The notes under the pieces were generated by a model, which saw only the letters and a program-made list of their open reading frames with translations, was not told where the DNA came from and made no database searches. 64,000 nt of DNA from a bacterium. GTDB lineage: Bacteria; Zhuqueibacterota; Zhuqueibacteria; Residuimicrobiales; Krinioviventaceae. The stretch is from contig CAXXFV010000016.1 in assembly GCA_963674595.2 (NCBI GenBank), forward strand, positions 448,001 through 512,000. Reading direction: 5' to 3'. The position numbers and the translations under genes are program-made. This document shows positions 20,685 to 30,568 of the stretch, in pieces. Position 1 is the stretch's first letter; each line of letters starts with the position of its first letter.

Positions 20685-23600
20685 ATGATCAAGCCCGAAT
20701 TTGTGCACGTTATGAATTACAGGATAAACATCAAGATATTTTTATTTCTGGTTTATTTTTTCCCTGCTTTACAACTATCGGCAGGGTGGCCGACCTATAT
20801 GGCTGATAATCAACGCAGTGGTGTTTCTAAAGAAACAATACAGTTTCCATTGTTTGAAAAATGGACATTTTTACCGAAACATGCTCCTCAGCCGGCCTGG
20901 CCCGCTCCGGCCAATGCAGATCCCTGGCATAATCTTGAGTCCCTGTCGCATCGAACGGATTATGATGATGCCTTTTATGTAAGCTTTGGTCATTCCATAC
21001 TGTATTTTGCTTCCTCAGCCGATGATAAAGTTTATGCATTGTATATTAATTCCGGGAAAATAAAATGGGACTTTTTTACAAATGGTCCAATCCGTTTCAC
21101 ACCGGCTTTTTATAAAGATAAAATTTACTTTGGGTCAGATGACGGCCATGTCTATTGCCTTGATGCCGCATCCGGTGCGTTACTTTGGCAAAAAAAGGGG
21201 GGACCTGATACCCGTAAAGTACTCGGCAATGGACGCCTTATTTCAGCTTATCCGGTTCGAACCAGCGTTTTAGTACATCACGATACGGTTTATTTTTGTG
21301 CGGGAATTTTCCCCAATGAAGGGGCCTGGCTGTACGCATTAAATGCAAAAAACGGTCAGCAAATTTTTAGTGAAAAGATTAGCGATTTTTCTCCCCAGGG
21401 ATACCTGTCATTGTCAGGCTCTCAGCTTATTATACCAACAGGTCGTACTTCCCCGGTACAGTTTGATCTCGAAAATCAATGTTTTCACCTTGGTCCCAAA
21501 ACGCCGCGATCAGCAGGTGGTACGTTTACATTATCATCCGGCAAGATGATCGTAAACGGACCCGGAACCTGTCTTCGGGTCCTTGATAAAGATTCGCTGA
21601 CTGAAATAGCCAGATATGAAGGTAAAAGACTTTTAATGAGTGATTCGACGATTTATGTTTTACAGGACCAGAGATTGACGGCTTTTCACCTTTTGCGTTC
21701 ATTGAATTATTATGATAAAGTTATTTCTCTGGAAAAAAAGAACAAAATACTTTCCGATAAAGTGAAAAAACTCCGCAAAACCTTGGCTGATAACAGTAAC
21801 CACAAAAATGAAATTAACCTGGAAATTGAAAATATACTTTCTGAAATGGAATCGATCAAGCAGCAGATCGATCTGTTGTCTGATGACAGCCTTTTATGGA
21901 CAGTAAAATGTCCCAATGCCGAATGTCTAGTTCAAATTGGCGGATATTTATTTGTCGGCGGCAATAATATATTAACAGCTATTGATGCTGCAATCGGACA
22001 ACCTGTTTGGTCCGGGAATACGGAACACCATATTAAAGGATTGGCTTGTTCAAACGGAAATTTAATTGCCGGTTGTAAAGACGGAAGGCTTGTTTGTTTT
22101 TCTGAAAATGCCGGAAAGTACAAGCTGGTCCAGCAAAAAGGGAACAGTACCTATTCCTTTAATAATGTAAATAATCAATTGTTTAACGGTTTAATAAAAC
22201 AACTAAAACCGTTAAAAGGATATTGTGTTGTTACCGGATTTCAGGACCTTGATCTGCCGGTTTGGCTGGTAAGGAATACCGATTTTCAAACAGTCATTAT
22301 CGAAACAAATCCACAAAGACGGATGATGTGGAAACGGAAACTGGATGATCTGAATTATTTTGGTGTGAGAGCCGTCGTGCTGCCTGACACAAGTCTGGAT
22401 TCTTTTCCACAGGGATTTGCAAATCTGGTAATTGTCGGCAATTCTTTATCAGAACAAACGAATATAAATTCGATCACTGATATGACACGGCCTTTTGGCG
22501 GGACACTGATTGTACCGGAGAAAAAGTTGACATCAACTTTTGATTTTGTGAAACGAGATAAAGTTAAAATTGATAAGAATAACTTTTCAGTTTTTCAAAA
22601 AAAAGACCTTATAAATTCCGGCAGTTGGACCCACATGTATGCTGATCCTGCAAATACGGCCTGTAGCCGCGAAAATCGTTTGAATACAAATTTCAAGTTA
22701 CACTGGTTCGGAGCTCCCGGTCCGGAACCAATGATCGACAGGCATCATCGCCCTTTGCCTACACTGGTTACAAAAGGACGAATGTTTGTCCCCGGTGATA
22801 ATAAAATTATGGCCGTGGATGCTTTTAACGGCACATTGTGGTGGGAGCTTGATTTGATAAAGTCCCGCCGGTTGGCAGCTCCCCGGGACGCCGGTTTTAT
22901 GGCCTTGTCGGATAAAAATTTGTTCGTTGTTTCCGGAAATCAATGTTTTGTGCTGAACCAGTTTACCGGTCATGTTATGAAAACTTTTCCGGTACCCAAA
23001 TCTAAGGAAAATTATGACTGGGGATATGTTGCATCCATAAATAACCGGATTGTCGGCACTGCCCGCCTTCCGGAAGCACGTTATGCGGAAATCAGCAAAG
23101 CCGGTGATTACGAGATTCAGTGGGGCGATTTTAAACGAATGGTGACGAGTAAATATCTTTTTGCTATAGATGAAAATGACGATACCTGCAAATGGATTTA
23201 TGATGGCGGCATTATTATAAATCCTGCCATTGCTGCCAACGATTCCGTTATTTATTTTATTGAAAGCAGGAATCCGGATGCCTTTGCAGATCAAGACGGA
23301 TTGATCACGTTGGACGTTTTGTTGAAAAAAGGTTCAAGCTTTTTGGTGGCTTTGGCGTTGCAAAATGGGAAAAAAATGTGGGAACAAAAAATTGATCTTG
23401 CTGAGATTCAGCATATTGTTTATCTTTCCTATGCAAAGAACCGACTTTTTATTACCGGTTCTATGAATATAAAAGGCAAAGCGTGGTACTCTATATTTGC
23501 CCATGATGCCGAAACAGGCAGTTTGTTGTGGAAACAGGAACATTCCAATTACCGAGGCGGTATCGGCGGAGACCATGGAGAACAGATACATCATCCCGTT

Positions 23601-23948
23601 ATTATGGGTGATAAAATTGTTTCCGAACCCTGTATTTTTCGTTTGGAAACCGGTGAACGAATAGATCCGAAAGGCCGTTCACAGGACTGGGTCATGTCCT
23701 CGCGAGGCGGTTGCGGGACCATTTCCGGATGTGAGAATTTTATCTTTTATCGGGACGGCAATCCCGCTGTTTATGATTTCGATACCGACCAGAGACATCT
23801 CATTAATTTTGTCACCAGACCGGGCTGCTGGATAAATATTATCCCGGCCAGTGGAATGGTTTTAATACCGGAATCAAGTTCAGGATGTACCTGTTCCTAT
23901 TCTATACAAACATCTCTTGGATATATTGCAAATTTTGGTTTATATTAA
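20685..23948 (+). CDS. large exported protein: PQQ-like beta-propeller / degenerate class I SAM-MTase fold / second propeller with Cys-rich C-terminus (paralogue A)
   Basis: Signal peptide, WPTYMADNQRSG, repeated GSDDG.VYCLDA..G...W blades, RPFGG, WTHMYADPANTACS, C-terminal RGGCG...RPGCWINIIPA...ESSSGCTCSY. Confidence 0.75.
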   Translation: MIKPEFVHVMNYRINIKIFLFLVYFFPALQLSAGWPTYMADNQRSGVSKETIQFPLFEKWTFLPKHAPQPAWPAPANADPWHNLESLSHRTDYDDAFYVSFGHSILYFASSADDKVYALYINSGKIKWDFFTNGPIRFTPAFYKDKIYFGSDDGHVYCLDAASGALLWQKKGGPDTRKVLGNGRLISAYPVRTSVLVHHDTVYFCAGIFPNEGAWLYALNAKNGQQIFSEKISDFSPQGYLSLSGSQLIIPTGRTSPVQFDLENQCFHLGPKTPRSAGGTFTLSSGKMIVNGPGTCLRVLDKDSLTEIARYEGKRLLMSDSTIYVLQDQRLTAFHLLRSLNYYDKVISLEKKNKILSDKVKKLRKTLADNSNHKNEINLEIENILSEMESIKQQIDLLSDDSLLWTVKCPNAECLVQIGGYLFVGGNNILTAIDAAIGQPVWSGNTEHHIKGLACSNGNLIAGCKDGRLVCFSENAGKYKLVQQKGNSTYSFNNVNNQLFNGLIKQLKPLKGYCVVTGFQDLDLPVWLVRNTDFQTVIIETNPQRRMMWKRKLDDLNYFGVRAVVLPDTSLDSFPQGFANLVIVGNSLSEQTNINSITDMTRPFGGTLIVPEKKLTSTFDFVKRDKVKIDKNNFSVFQKKDLINSGSWTHMYADPANTACSRENRLNTNFKLHWFGAPGPEPMIDRHHRPLPTLVTKGRMFVPGDNKIMAVDAFNGTLWWELDLIKSRRLAAPRDAGFMALSDKNLFVVSGNQCFVLNQFTGHVMKTFPVPKSKENYDWGYVASINNRIVGTARLPEARYAEISKAGDYEIQWGDFKRMVTSKYLFAIDENDDTCKWIYDGGIIINPAIAANDSVIYFIESRNPDAFADQDGLITLDVLLKKGSSFLVALALQNGKKMWEQKIDLAEIQHIVYLSYAKNRLFITGSMNIKGKAWYSIFAHDAETGSLLWKQEHSNYRGGIGGDHGEQIHHPVIMGDKIVSEPCIFRLETGERIDPKGRSQDWVMSSRGGCGTISGCENFIFYRDGNPAVYDFDTDQRHLINFVTRPGCWINIIPASGMVLIPESSSGCTCSYSIQTSLGYIANFGLY

Positions 23949-23977
23949 TATGGATGTTTTTGAAAACGGAGGTTATT

Positions 23978-26900
23978 GTGATTGATAACATGAAAAACTA
24001 TTTTGAAAAGGTTGTGCGGCTGTCAGTCTTACTTTTTGTCTGCTTGACGGTTGGTTCCATATATGCCAATGATTGGCCGGAATATATGCACGATAAAGGC
24101 AGAAGCGGTATTGCGGACCAGAATATAACATTTCCGCTTTATCCGGAATGGCGATACACGGCACTCCAGTCTCCCAAACCGGCCTGGCCCGAACCGGCAA
24201 AAACCGACTATTGGCACCGTGAGGCCGATTTGCTGCCGCGTGTGATTTTTGACCGTGCCTTTCACACAATAACTGTTAATAATAATATCTATTTTGGCTC
24301 ATCAGCGGATGACAGAATTTATTGTCTGAATGCTGAAACAGGACAGGAAAAATGGTCATTTTTTACAGGTGCTCCTGTTCGGCTGTCCCCGGCTTTTTTT
24401 GACGGAAAAATTTATACCGGTTCTGATGACGGATATGTTTACTGCCTGAATGCTGATAACGGCAAACTGGTATGGAAATTTAACGGTGCGGAAAAAAGCA
24501 GACATTTACCGGGAAACGAACGGATCATTTCCATTATGCCGGTTCGCACCGGTGTTCTTTTGGATGCCGGAATTGCCTATTTTTGTGCCGGTTTGTTTCC
24601 CACAGAGGGTGTGGTATTGTATGCATTAAATGCGGATGACGGCTCCCTGGTATGGAAGCAAAATATAGAGGTGTCGCCCCAGGGTTATTTGTTGGCCTCA
24701 GAAGATGAACTGTATGTACCCACAGGACGGACCGCTCCGGTTGTTTTTGAAAAGAAAACCGGCAAATGGATCGGCGCTTTTAAAGGAAACGGCGGGACCT
24801 ATGCCACCTTGGATGATCAAACATTGATTTACGGCGGCGGTGACCTGGGTGATCTGGAAATTCGTGAACCAAACTCTAAAGATCAGTCAAGTTCTTTTAA
24901 AGGACAACAGATTATTGCCACAAAAGATGTTTTGTTTTTGCGTACACAATCAAAAATATCGGCTATTGACCGAAAAAATTACAACGAATCCTATAATAAA
25001 TGGAAAAAGTTGAATAGAAAACACAGTGACCATGCTGCAAATTTATGGGACTTGCGTGAACAACGCAAGATTGTCACTCCGGATAAAATTAAAGATATTG
25101 ATAGAAAAATTGATGATACAATTGATAAAATCGTAGCAATTGATAAAGAAATTAAGGCGGTGGAAAACACTGGTATTCTTTGGGAACGTTTTTTTGAAAA
25201 TACCTGTTCTATGATCCTGGCCGGAGATTATCTGGTAGCGGGCATGCAAAACAATATTACAGTTTTGGATCAGCGAAACGGTAATGATGTATGGACCGGT
25301 GAAGTTAATGGCATGCCTTATAGTTTAAATGCTGCCGAAGGAAAATTAATAATCAGTACGGATAACGGACATATTTATTCTTTTTCAAATGAAAATCAAA
25401 AAGCAAATATTGTTAAAAATTCATCTCAAAAGCCTTTTGGCCGTAATAGAACAATAAGCAATGCCGCCAAACACATTTTAGATGAAACCAAAATTCAAAA
25501 AGGATATTGCCTCATCCTGGATGGTACGAGTGGTCAATTGGGATATGAATTGATAAATAATTCCGATTTGAACGTATTATATCTTTGTAAAGATGATCAG
25601 CAGGTTGAAAATATTCGCAATAATATAATAAAATCAGGTTTGTATGGTCGCCGTTTGCATGCGATAAAAGCCTCTTTGGAAGAGCTGCCTTTTAGTGATT
25701 ATACGATCAACATTGTTACCAATGAGGCGGCATTGGAAGATGGTGTTTTGTTGACCTCGTGCGATGAAATTTTCAGAGTGCTTCGACCCTTTGGTGGAGC
25801 AGCGATGGTTGGCGTACCGAAAAAGCAAAAGGGAAATCTTTTAAAGATTATCCAATCTTCTGTAATGGATAATAACTGGGTTGTCTCTCAGAATAAAAAA
25901 TTTGTATGGGCCAAAATGAATCGTGGCGAATTGCCCGGTGCGGGAGAATGGACCCATCAATACGCTGATCCGCAAAATACTTCCTGTAGTCAGGACCAGC
26001 TTGAAGGTCCCATGCAAATTCAGTGGTTTGGCCGTCCGGGACCGCGTGACATTATCAACCGTCACAGCCGCCCCATGTCTCCTTTGTTTAAAGACGGACG
26101 ATTTTATGTAACCGGTAATGAAGTGGTTAAAGCTATCGATCCCTACAACGGCATACCCTTATGGGAAATTAAAGTACCTGATTCACGTGTGCTGGGTGCG
26201 CTTAAAGATCAGGGTCATATTGTGGTTCGGGATGATTATCTTTATATTGCTGTGGAAAATGAATGCCGTGCCGTTGCTGTGGAAAATGGGAATGTTGAAT
26301 TTGTCCTTAAAGCGCCGCAGCTTGTTACCGGCGAAAAACGTAAATGGGGTTATTTGTCGAGTGTCGGCAACCAGTTGTTTGGTACCGGAAAAATGGAAAA
26401 TGCCAGTTTTACAATTCAGGCCCGATTGAACTGTAATGATTTTGAAGGTGATTATCGTGAAATGGTGCTTGGAGATTATTTGTTTTCTATGGATCGGTCT
26501 ACGGGCGATGTTTTATGGACCTATAAAAACGGTGTGGTTTTTCACAACACTATTACAATTGGTGATGGTGATATTTATTTTGTCGAAAGCCGAAATCCAA
26601 AAGCTGTTAACGATCCTGATGGCCGGCTTCGAATAGATACTTTTTGTGACAGTGATACCTATATTATTCGTTTGAACGGCAAAACCGGAGAAAAAATTTG
26701 GGAAAAACCGTTCAAATTCCCCTATTCACAAATTATGTATATGGCTTTTGCCGATAATACCGTGTATGTTACCGGCTCTTATAATTCCGGGAAATTTATG
26801 TATTATGCCCTGTATGCATTTCAATCGGAAAGTGGTGATAAGAAATGGGAAAATTCCTATAGGGGCGGTGACAGCAGGTGGAATAATAAAACAGATAAAA

Positions 26901-27277
26901 GTAATCTTGGCGGAGAACATGGTGAACAATGGCAGCATCCGGTGATTTTGGCGGACAAGCTCATTTTACCACCCTATGATTTTGATTTACAAACCGGAAA
27001 ACGTGGTCAGTATTATTTGAACCGGGGCGGTGGCGGATGCGGCGGTTTATCCGGGTCAGCCCATTATTTATATGCCCGTGGCAGCAATCCACGAATGTAC
27101 AGTATTCATGATGGACTGGAAACCGGAACGCCTTTAACAAAAGTAAATCGTCCCGGCTGCTGGATAAATACTATACCGGCCGGAGGTATCGTTACATTAC
27201 CGGAATCCAGTTCCGGGTGTACTTGTGATTATTCGATACAAACTTCCTTTGCATTTATACCTGCAAAGAATAATTAA
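23978..27277 (+). CDS. large exported protein: PQQ-like beta-propeller / class I SAM-MTase-like fold / second propeller with Cys-rich C-terminus (paralogue B)
   Basis: GGAGG RBS before GTG 23978; WPEYMHDKGRSG, blade repeats, LPFSDY...EIFRVLRPFGG, WTHQYADPQNTSCS, GGCGG...RPGCWINTIPA...ESSSGCTCDY. Confidence 0.75.
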   Translation: MIDNMKNYFEKVVRLSVLLFVCLTVGSIYANDWPEYMHDKGRSGIADQNITFPLYPEWRYTALQSPKPAWPEPAKTDYWHREADLLPRVIFDRAFHTITVNNNIYFGSSADDRIYCLNAETGQEKWSFFTGAPVRLSPAFFDGKIYTGSDDGYVYCLNADNGKLVWKFNGAEKSRHLPGNERIISIMPVRTGVLLDAGIAYFCAGLFPTEGVVLYALNADDGSLVWKQNIEVSPQGYLLASEDELYVPTGRTAPVVFEKKTGKWIGAFKGNGGTYATLDDQTLIYGGGDLGDLEIREPNSKDQSSSFKGQQIIATKDVLFLRTQSKISAIDRKNYNESYNKWKKLNRKHSDHAANLWDLREQRKIVTPDKIKDIDRKIDDTIDKIVAIDKEIKAVENTGILWERFFENTCSMILAGDYLVAGMQNNITVLDQRNGNDVWTGEVNGMPYSLNAAEGKLIISTDNGHIYSFSNENQKANIVKNSSQKPFGRNRTISNAAKHILDETKIQKGYCLILDGTSGQLGYELINNSDLNVLYLCKDDQQVENIRNNIIKSGLYGRRLHAIKASLEELPFSDYTINIVTNEAALEDGVLLTSCDEIFRVLRPFGGAAMVGVPKKQKGNLLKIIQSSVMDNNWVVSQNKKFVWAKMNRGELPGAGEWTHQYADPQNTSCSQDQLEGPMQIQWFGRPGPRDIINRHSRPMSPLFKDGRFYVTGNEVVKAIDPYNGIPLWEIKVPDSRVLGALKDQGHIVVRDDYLYIAVENECRAVAVENGNVEFVLKAPQLVTGEKRKWGYLSSVGNQLFGTGKMENASFTIQARLNCNDFEGDYREMVLGDYLFSMDRSTGDVLWTYKNGVVFHNTITIGDGDIYFVESRNPKAVNDPDGRLRIDTFCDSDTYIIRLNGKTGEKIWEKPFKFPYSQIMYMAFADNTVYVTGSYNSGKFMYYALYAFQSESGDKKWENSYRGGDSRWNNKTDKSNLGGEHGEQWQHPVILADKLILPPYDFDLQTGKRGQYYLNRGGGGCGGLSGSAHYLYARGSNPRMYSIHDGLETGTPLTKVNRPGCWINTIPAGGIVTLPESSSGCTCDYSIQTSFAFIPAKNN

Positions 27278-27282
27278 ATGTT

Positions 27283-28389
27283 ATGAAAAAATTATTATTA
27301 ATATTCTTTTTTCTATTAACAAATTTTAACGCTCTTTTGGCGTGCCGGTATACGGTACGGGAAATCGGCTACTCTGATTTGGATACTCCGAATTTTACGC
27401 TTGTTCTTGTACCGTCCGATGATGATTCTGCTCAAATTCGTACTTTTAACAGAATATCCTATGCCGCTTTGTTGAATTCGAATATTCAAAATGCCGCAGT
27501 GGGACCGGAATTTGATGCAGATCCTGTTCTGCAGACCGAGATCGATAAAAAAGTCCGGCAAAAAGCCGGGCCTTTTTTGTTGTTAAAAGACGAACGGACC
27601 AAAAAAATGTTTTTTTGGCCTTTGGATAAAAACGATTTCAAGGAATCACTGTGGACGGCCCTTGAATTTATGGTGATCTCTAAGGTCCGTGAAGATTTGT
27701 TTTTTCGCCTGGCACGTTCATTTGCTGTGGTTATGTTGGTTGATGGGAAAAACGAATCCCAAAATCAGGAATACAGAAACCGTATTAAATCCGTTATCCG
27801 AGATATAAATACTTCGTTACAGGATATGGCAAAACCGGTTAGCGAACCGGCAGCCTTTATGGAGCTCGATTTTCAGCAAAGACAGGCGGAAACCCTGCTG
27901 CTTTGGAGCCTTGGATTGGATGAATCGGCTGAAGACCAGGCTTCAGTTGTAATTTTTTACGGCAGAGGGCGTATGATGGGGCCTGCATTGGTTGGAGGAC
28001 TGACTGAAGAAATGCTGTACAATCGGCTTTCTATAGTCGGCGCTGATTGCGAGTGCGGATTGGAACGTACCTGGATACTTGGACGAATGATCCCTTTGCG
28101 ATGGGAAAGCCAGTGGCAAGATGAAATTACATCACGGCTTGGTTTTGATGTTGAAAATCCTGTTGTCAAAAATGAAATGCAGCGAATCATTTCTTTTCCG
28201 CAAAATAACATCGTTCAGAATAAGACACGGTCTTACGACATAAATAACGACATAAATCAACAGGAAGGTTCGGAAAATTCAAACAAACCCCTCTTTCGCA
28301 AGATTATTTTAATTATCATTATATTTTGTATAATTTTATTTTTACTGGGAATTACTGTTTATATCATAGCAAAAAGGAACAGAAATTGA
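27283..28389 (+). CDS. uncharacterised exported, C-terminally membrane-anchored protein with N-terminal CRY and internal GADCECG motifs
   Basis: Signal peptide ending LLA|C, FYGRGR..G, GADCECGL, C-terminal hydrophobic helix followed by KRNRN. Confidence 0.65.
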   Translation: MKKLLLIFFFLLTNFNALLACRYTVREIGYSDLDTPNFTLVLVPSDDDSAQIRTFNRISYAALLNSNIQNAAVGPEFDADPVLQTEIDKKVRQKAGPFLLLKDERTKKMFFWPLDKNDFKESLWTALEFMVISKVREDLFFRLARSFAVVMLVDGKNESQNQEYRNRIKSVIRDINTSLQDMAKPVSEPAAFMELDFQQRQAETLLLWSLGLDESAEDQASVVIFYGRGRMMGPALVGGLTEEMLYNRLSIVGADCECGLERTWILGRMIPLRWESQWQDEITSRLGFDVENPVVKNEMQRIISFPQNNIVQNKTRSYDINNDINQQEGSENSNKPLFRKIILIIIIFCIILFLLGITVYIIAKRNRN

Positions 28390-29531
28390 TTTTTTTTATG
28401 GTATTTAAAGAATTGTTTCACAGGTGGATTAATACTGTTCTGGCTGTTTTGGGAATTGTTATGGCGGTTGCCTTTTTTATCGCTTTTTTTACTCTAAACA
28501 ATGCATCAAAACGTGAAACCATCAGACTGACCCGTGATATGGGTTTTAACCTTAGGATAATACCAAAATCTACAGATATGGATGCTTTTTGGACGTCCGG
28601 ATTTTCCGAGCAAACCATGCCGGAAGAATTTGTTGCCAGGTTTATGTCTTATAAAGATTTTTCCTATGCTCATTTAACCGCGACATTGCATAAAAAAATT
28701 GAATGGAACGGACGAAACATCATATTAACCGGCATCTCTTCGGAACTGGAGCCATCCGGAAGAAACAAAAGCCCGATGAGTCCTGTTATCAAAAAAAACT
28801 CGGCGATTGTTGGCTGGGACCTGGCTCACACATTTCAATTAAAAAAAGGGGATTCGCTGAATATCGGCAATCGGAAATTTTTTATTTCTCAAACGCTCAG
28901 CGAAACAGGCAGTTCGGATGATATAAGAATTTACCTGCAGCTCAAAGATGTTCAGGAAATTGCCCAGTTACCAGGTCAAATCAATGAAATTATGGCACTC
29001 AATTGTCTATGCATGGTCGATGAAGACGATGATCCGTTGGTTGTTTTACGTCGGCAATTGGATAAAGTCCTACCGGATGCCAAAGTCATTATGAACAAAA
29101 CCATAGCCCATGCACGTGAAAAACAACGCCTGATGATGGAGCGATATGCGGCGTTTGCCATGCCCTTTGTTATGGTTGTTTGCGCTGTCTGGATTGGGGT
29201 GTTGTTTATGCTCAATGTTCGCGAACGCAAAACAGAAATCGGTGTTTTACATGCTGTGGGATTCAGCGGATTCAAGGTTTTTTTACTATTTGCAGTAAGG
29301 GCCGTCCTCATTGGTATCATAGGAGCGATTTTGGGATTTTTAGCCGGCAATGTTTTGGCAATGGAATATGGCCCTGATATTTTTCGGGTTACAGCCAAAG
29401 CCATTCATATAGATTATCAGTTTTTATTCATCTCTTTAATTGCAGCGCCGTTGTTTGCAGTTGTTGCCGGTTTTATTCCGGCCATGGTTGCGCTTTCACA
29501 GGACCCGGCTGATATTTTGAGGGAGGAATAG
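28386..29531 (+). CDS. ABC transporter permease, MacB/FtsX type
   Basis: N-terminal TM, large periplasmic loop containing ALNCLC, NVRERKTEIGVLHAVG, three C-terminal TMs, DPADILREE; TTG start overlaps the upstream stop. Confidence 0.85.
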   Translation: MIFFMVFKELFHRWINTVLAVLGIVMAVAFFIAFFTLNNASKRETIRLTRDMGFNLRIIPKSTDMDAFWTSGFSEQTMPEEFVARFMSYKDFSYAHLTATLHKKIEWNGRNIILTGISSELEPSGRNKSPMSPVIKKNSAIVGWDLAHTFQLKKGDSLNIGNRKFFISQTLSETGSSDDIRIYLQLKDVQEIAQLPGQINEIMALNCLCMVDEDDDPLVVLRRQLDKVLPDAKVIMNKTIAHAREKQRLMMERYAAFAMPFVMVVCAVWIGVLFMLNVRERKTEIGVLHAVGFSGFKVFLLFAVRAVLIGIIGAILGFLAGNVLAMEYGPDIFRVTAKAIHIDYQFLFISLIAAPLFAVVAGFIPAMVALSQDPADILREE

Positions 29532-29533
29532 AC

Positions 29534-30181
29534 ATGGTAAAAATTGAGAATCTGACGCAAGTTTATCGTAAAGGCCGCAGCAGCGTATCAGCGCTTAGCG
29601 ATGTACAGTTTCAGGCAAAATCAGGAGAATTTGTTGTTGTTCGTGGGGCAAGCGGCAGCGGTAAAACCACATTATTACTGGCAATTGGTGCCATGATGCA
29701 GCCCTCTCAGGGTGTTGTTACGATAAACAATGTCGATATATACCAGATGAATAATGCCGAAAGAACCCGTTTTCGGGCAAAGAATATCGGATTTGTGTTT
29801 CAAATGTTTCATTTAATTCCTTACCTTAATGTTCGGGATAATATTTGTTTATCTATGCACGGTCATAAAAATGACAAGCTTGAAGAGTTGGTCTGTTCAC
29901 TGGGATTGTCAAGCCGAATAACCCACCGGCCGGCGGAACTGAGTGCTGGTGAGCGGCAGCGTGTTGCCCTGGCCCGGGCCATGGTACATTCTCCCAATAT
30001 AATTTTGGCTGACGAACCAACCGGCAACCTGGACAGCGAAAACGCCTCGATTGTTTATGAGACACTGGCAGAATATCGAAATTCCGGGAAAACAGTGATA
30101 GTTGTAACACATGGGACCATGGCAAATGACTTTGCAGACCGGATTTTGGTGTTAAATGAGGGCAGGCTTGAATCTTTATAG
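29534..30181 (+). CDS. ABC transporter ATP-binding protein (LolD/MacB-like)
   Basis: [37 protein letters not shown]. Confidence 0.93.
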   Translation: MVKIENLTQVYRKGRSSVSALSDVQFQAKSGEFVVVRGASGSGKTTLLLAIGAMMQPSQGVVTINNVDIYQMNNAERTRFRAKNIGFVFQMFHLIPYLNVRDNICLSMHGHKNDKLEELVCSLGLSSRITHRPAELSAGERQRVALARAMVHSPNIILADEPTGNLDSENASIVYETLAEYRNSGKTVIVVTHGTMANDFADRILVLNEGRLESL

Positions 30182-30190
30182 GAGGGCAAA

Positions 30191-30511
30191 ATGAAAAATA
30201 TATCCTTTTGCGGATTGGATTGTCGAATGTGTGAAGCCTATTCTGCTACCATGGACAATGATTTACAAAAAATTGTTGTGCTGTCAAAAAAGTGGTCAAA
30301 CGGTAATTTTGAATTTAAACCTCAGGATATCTGGTGCGAAGGTTGTCATCAGGACGGTACCCGTCTTTTCAAGTGGTGCAGAGAATGTCCCATGCGTCAA
30401 TGTGGTATTGAAAAAAACATCGAATCCTGTGCCCAATGTGCTGATTTTCCCTGTGAAATTATTAACAATGCCCCGCCGGAGGTGAAAACGAGATTAACAA
30501 GTTTGTTATAA
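30191..30511 (+). CDS. DUF3795-type Cys-rich protein
   Basis: CGLDCRMC...CEGC...CRECPMRQC...SCAQCADFPC; GGAGG RBS. Confidence 0.75.
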   Translation: MKNISFCGLDCRMCEAYSATMDNDLQKIVVLSKKWSNGNFEFKPQDIWCEGCHQDGTRLFKWCRECPMRQCGIEKNIESCAQCADFPCEIINNAPPEVKTRLTSLL

Positions 30512-30568
30512 GCTGAGATTTATTTTTTAAATAAATGTAAATTTTTTAGGCAAAAATGATGTTTTTAT

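Noticed and set aside
22698-23594. 198-aa and 86-aa minus-strand ORFs
   Set aside because: Antisense to propeller paralogue A, with no motifs or RBS.
20685-27277. Calling the giant proteins BamB or PQQ alcohol/glucose dehydrogenases
   Set aside because: They are about three times BamB length with no bam context, I see no vicinal Cys-Cys or clear PQQ/Ca ligand set, and there are no pqq genes in the window. Only the blade repeat is shared.
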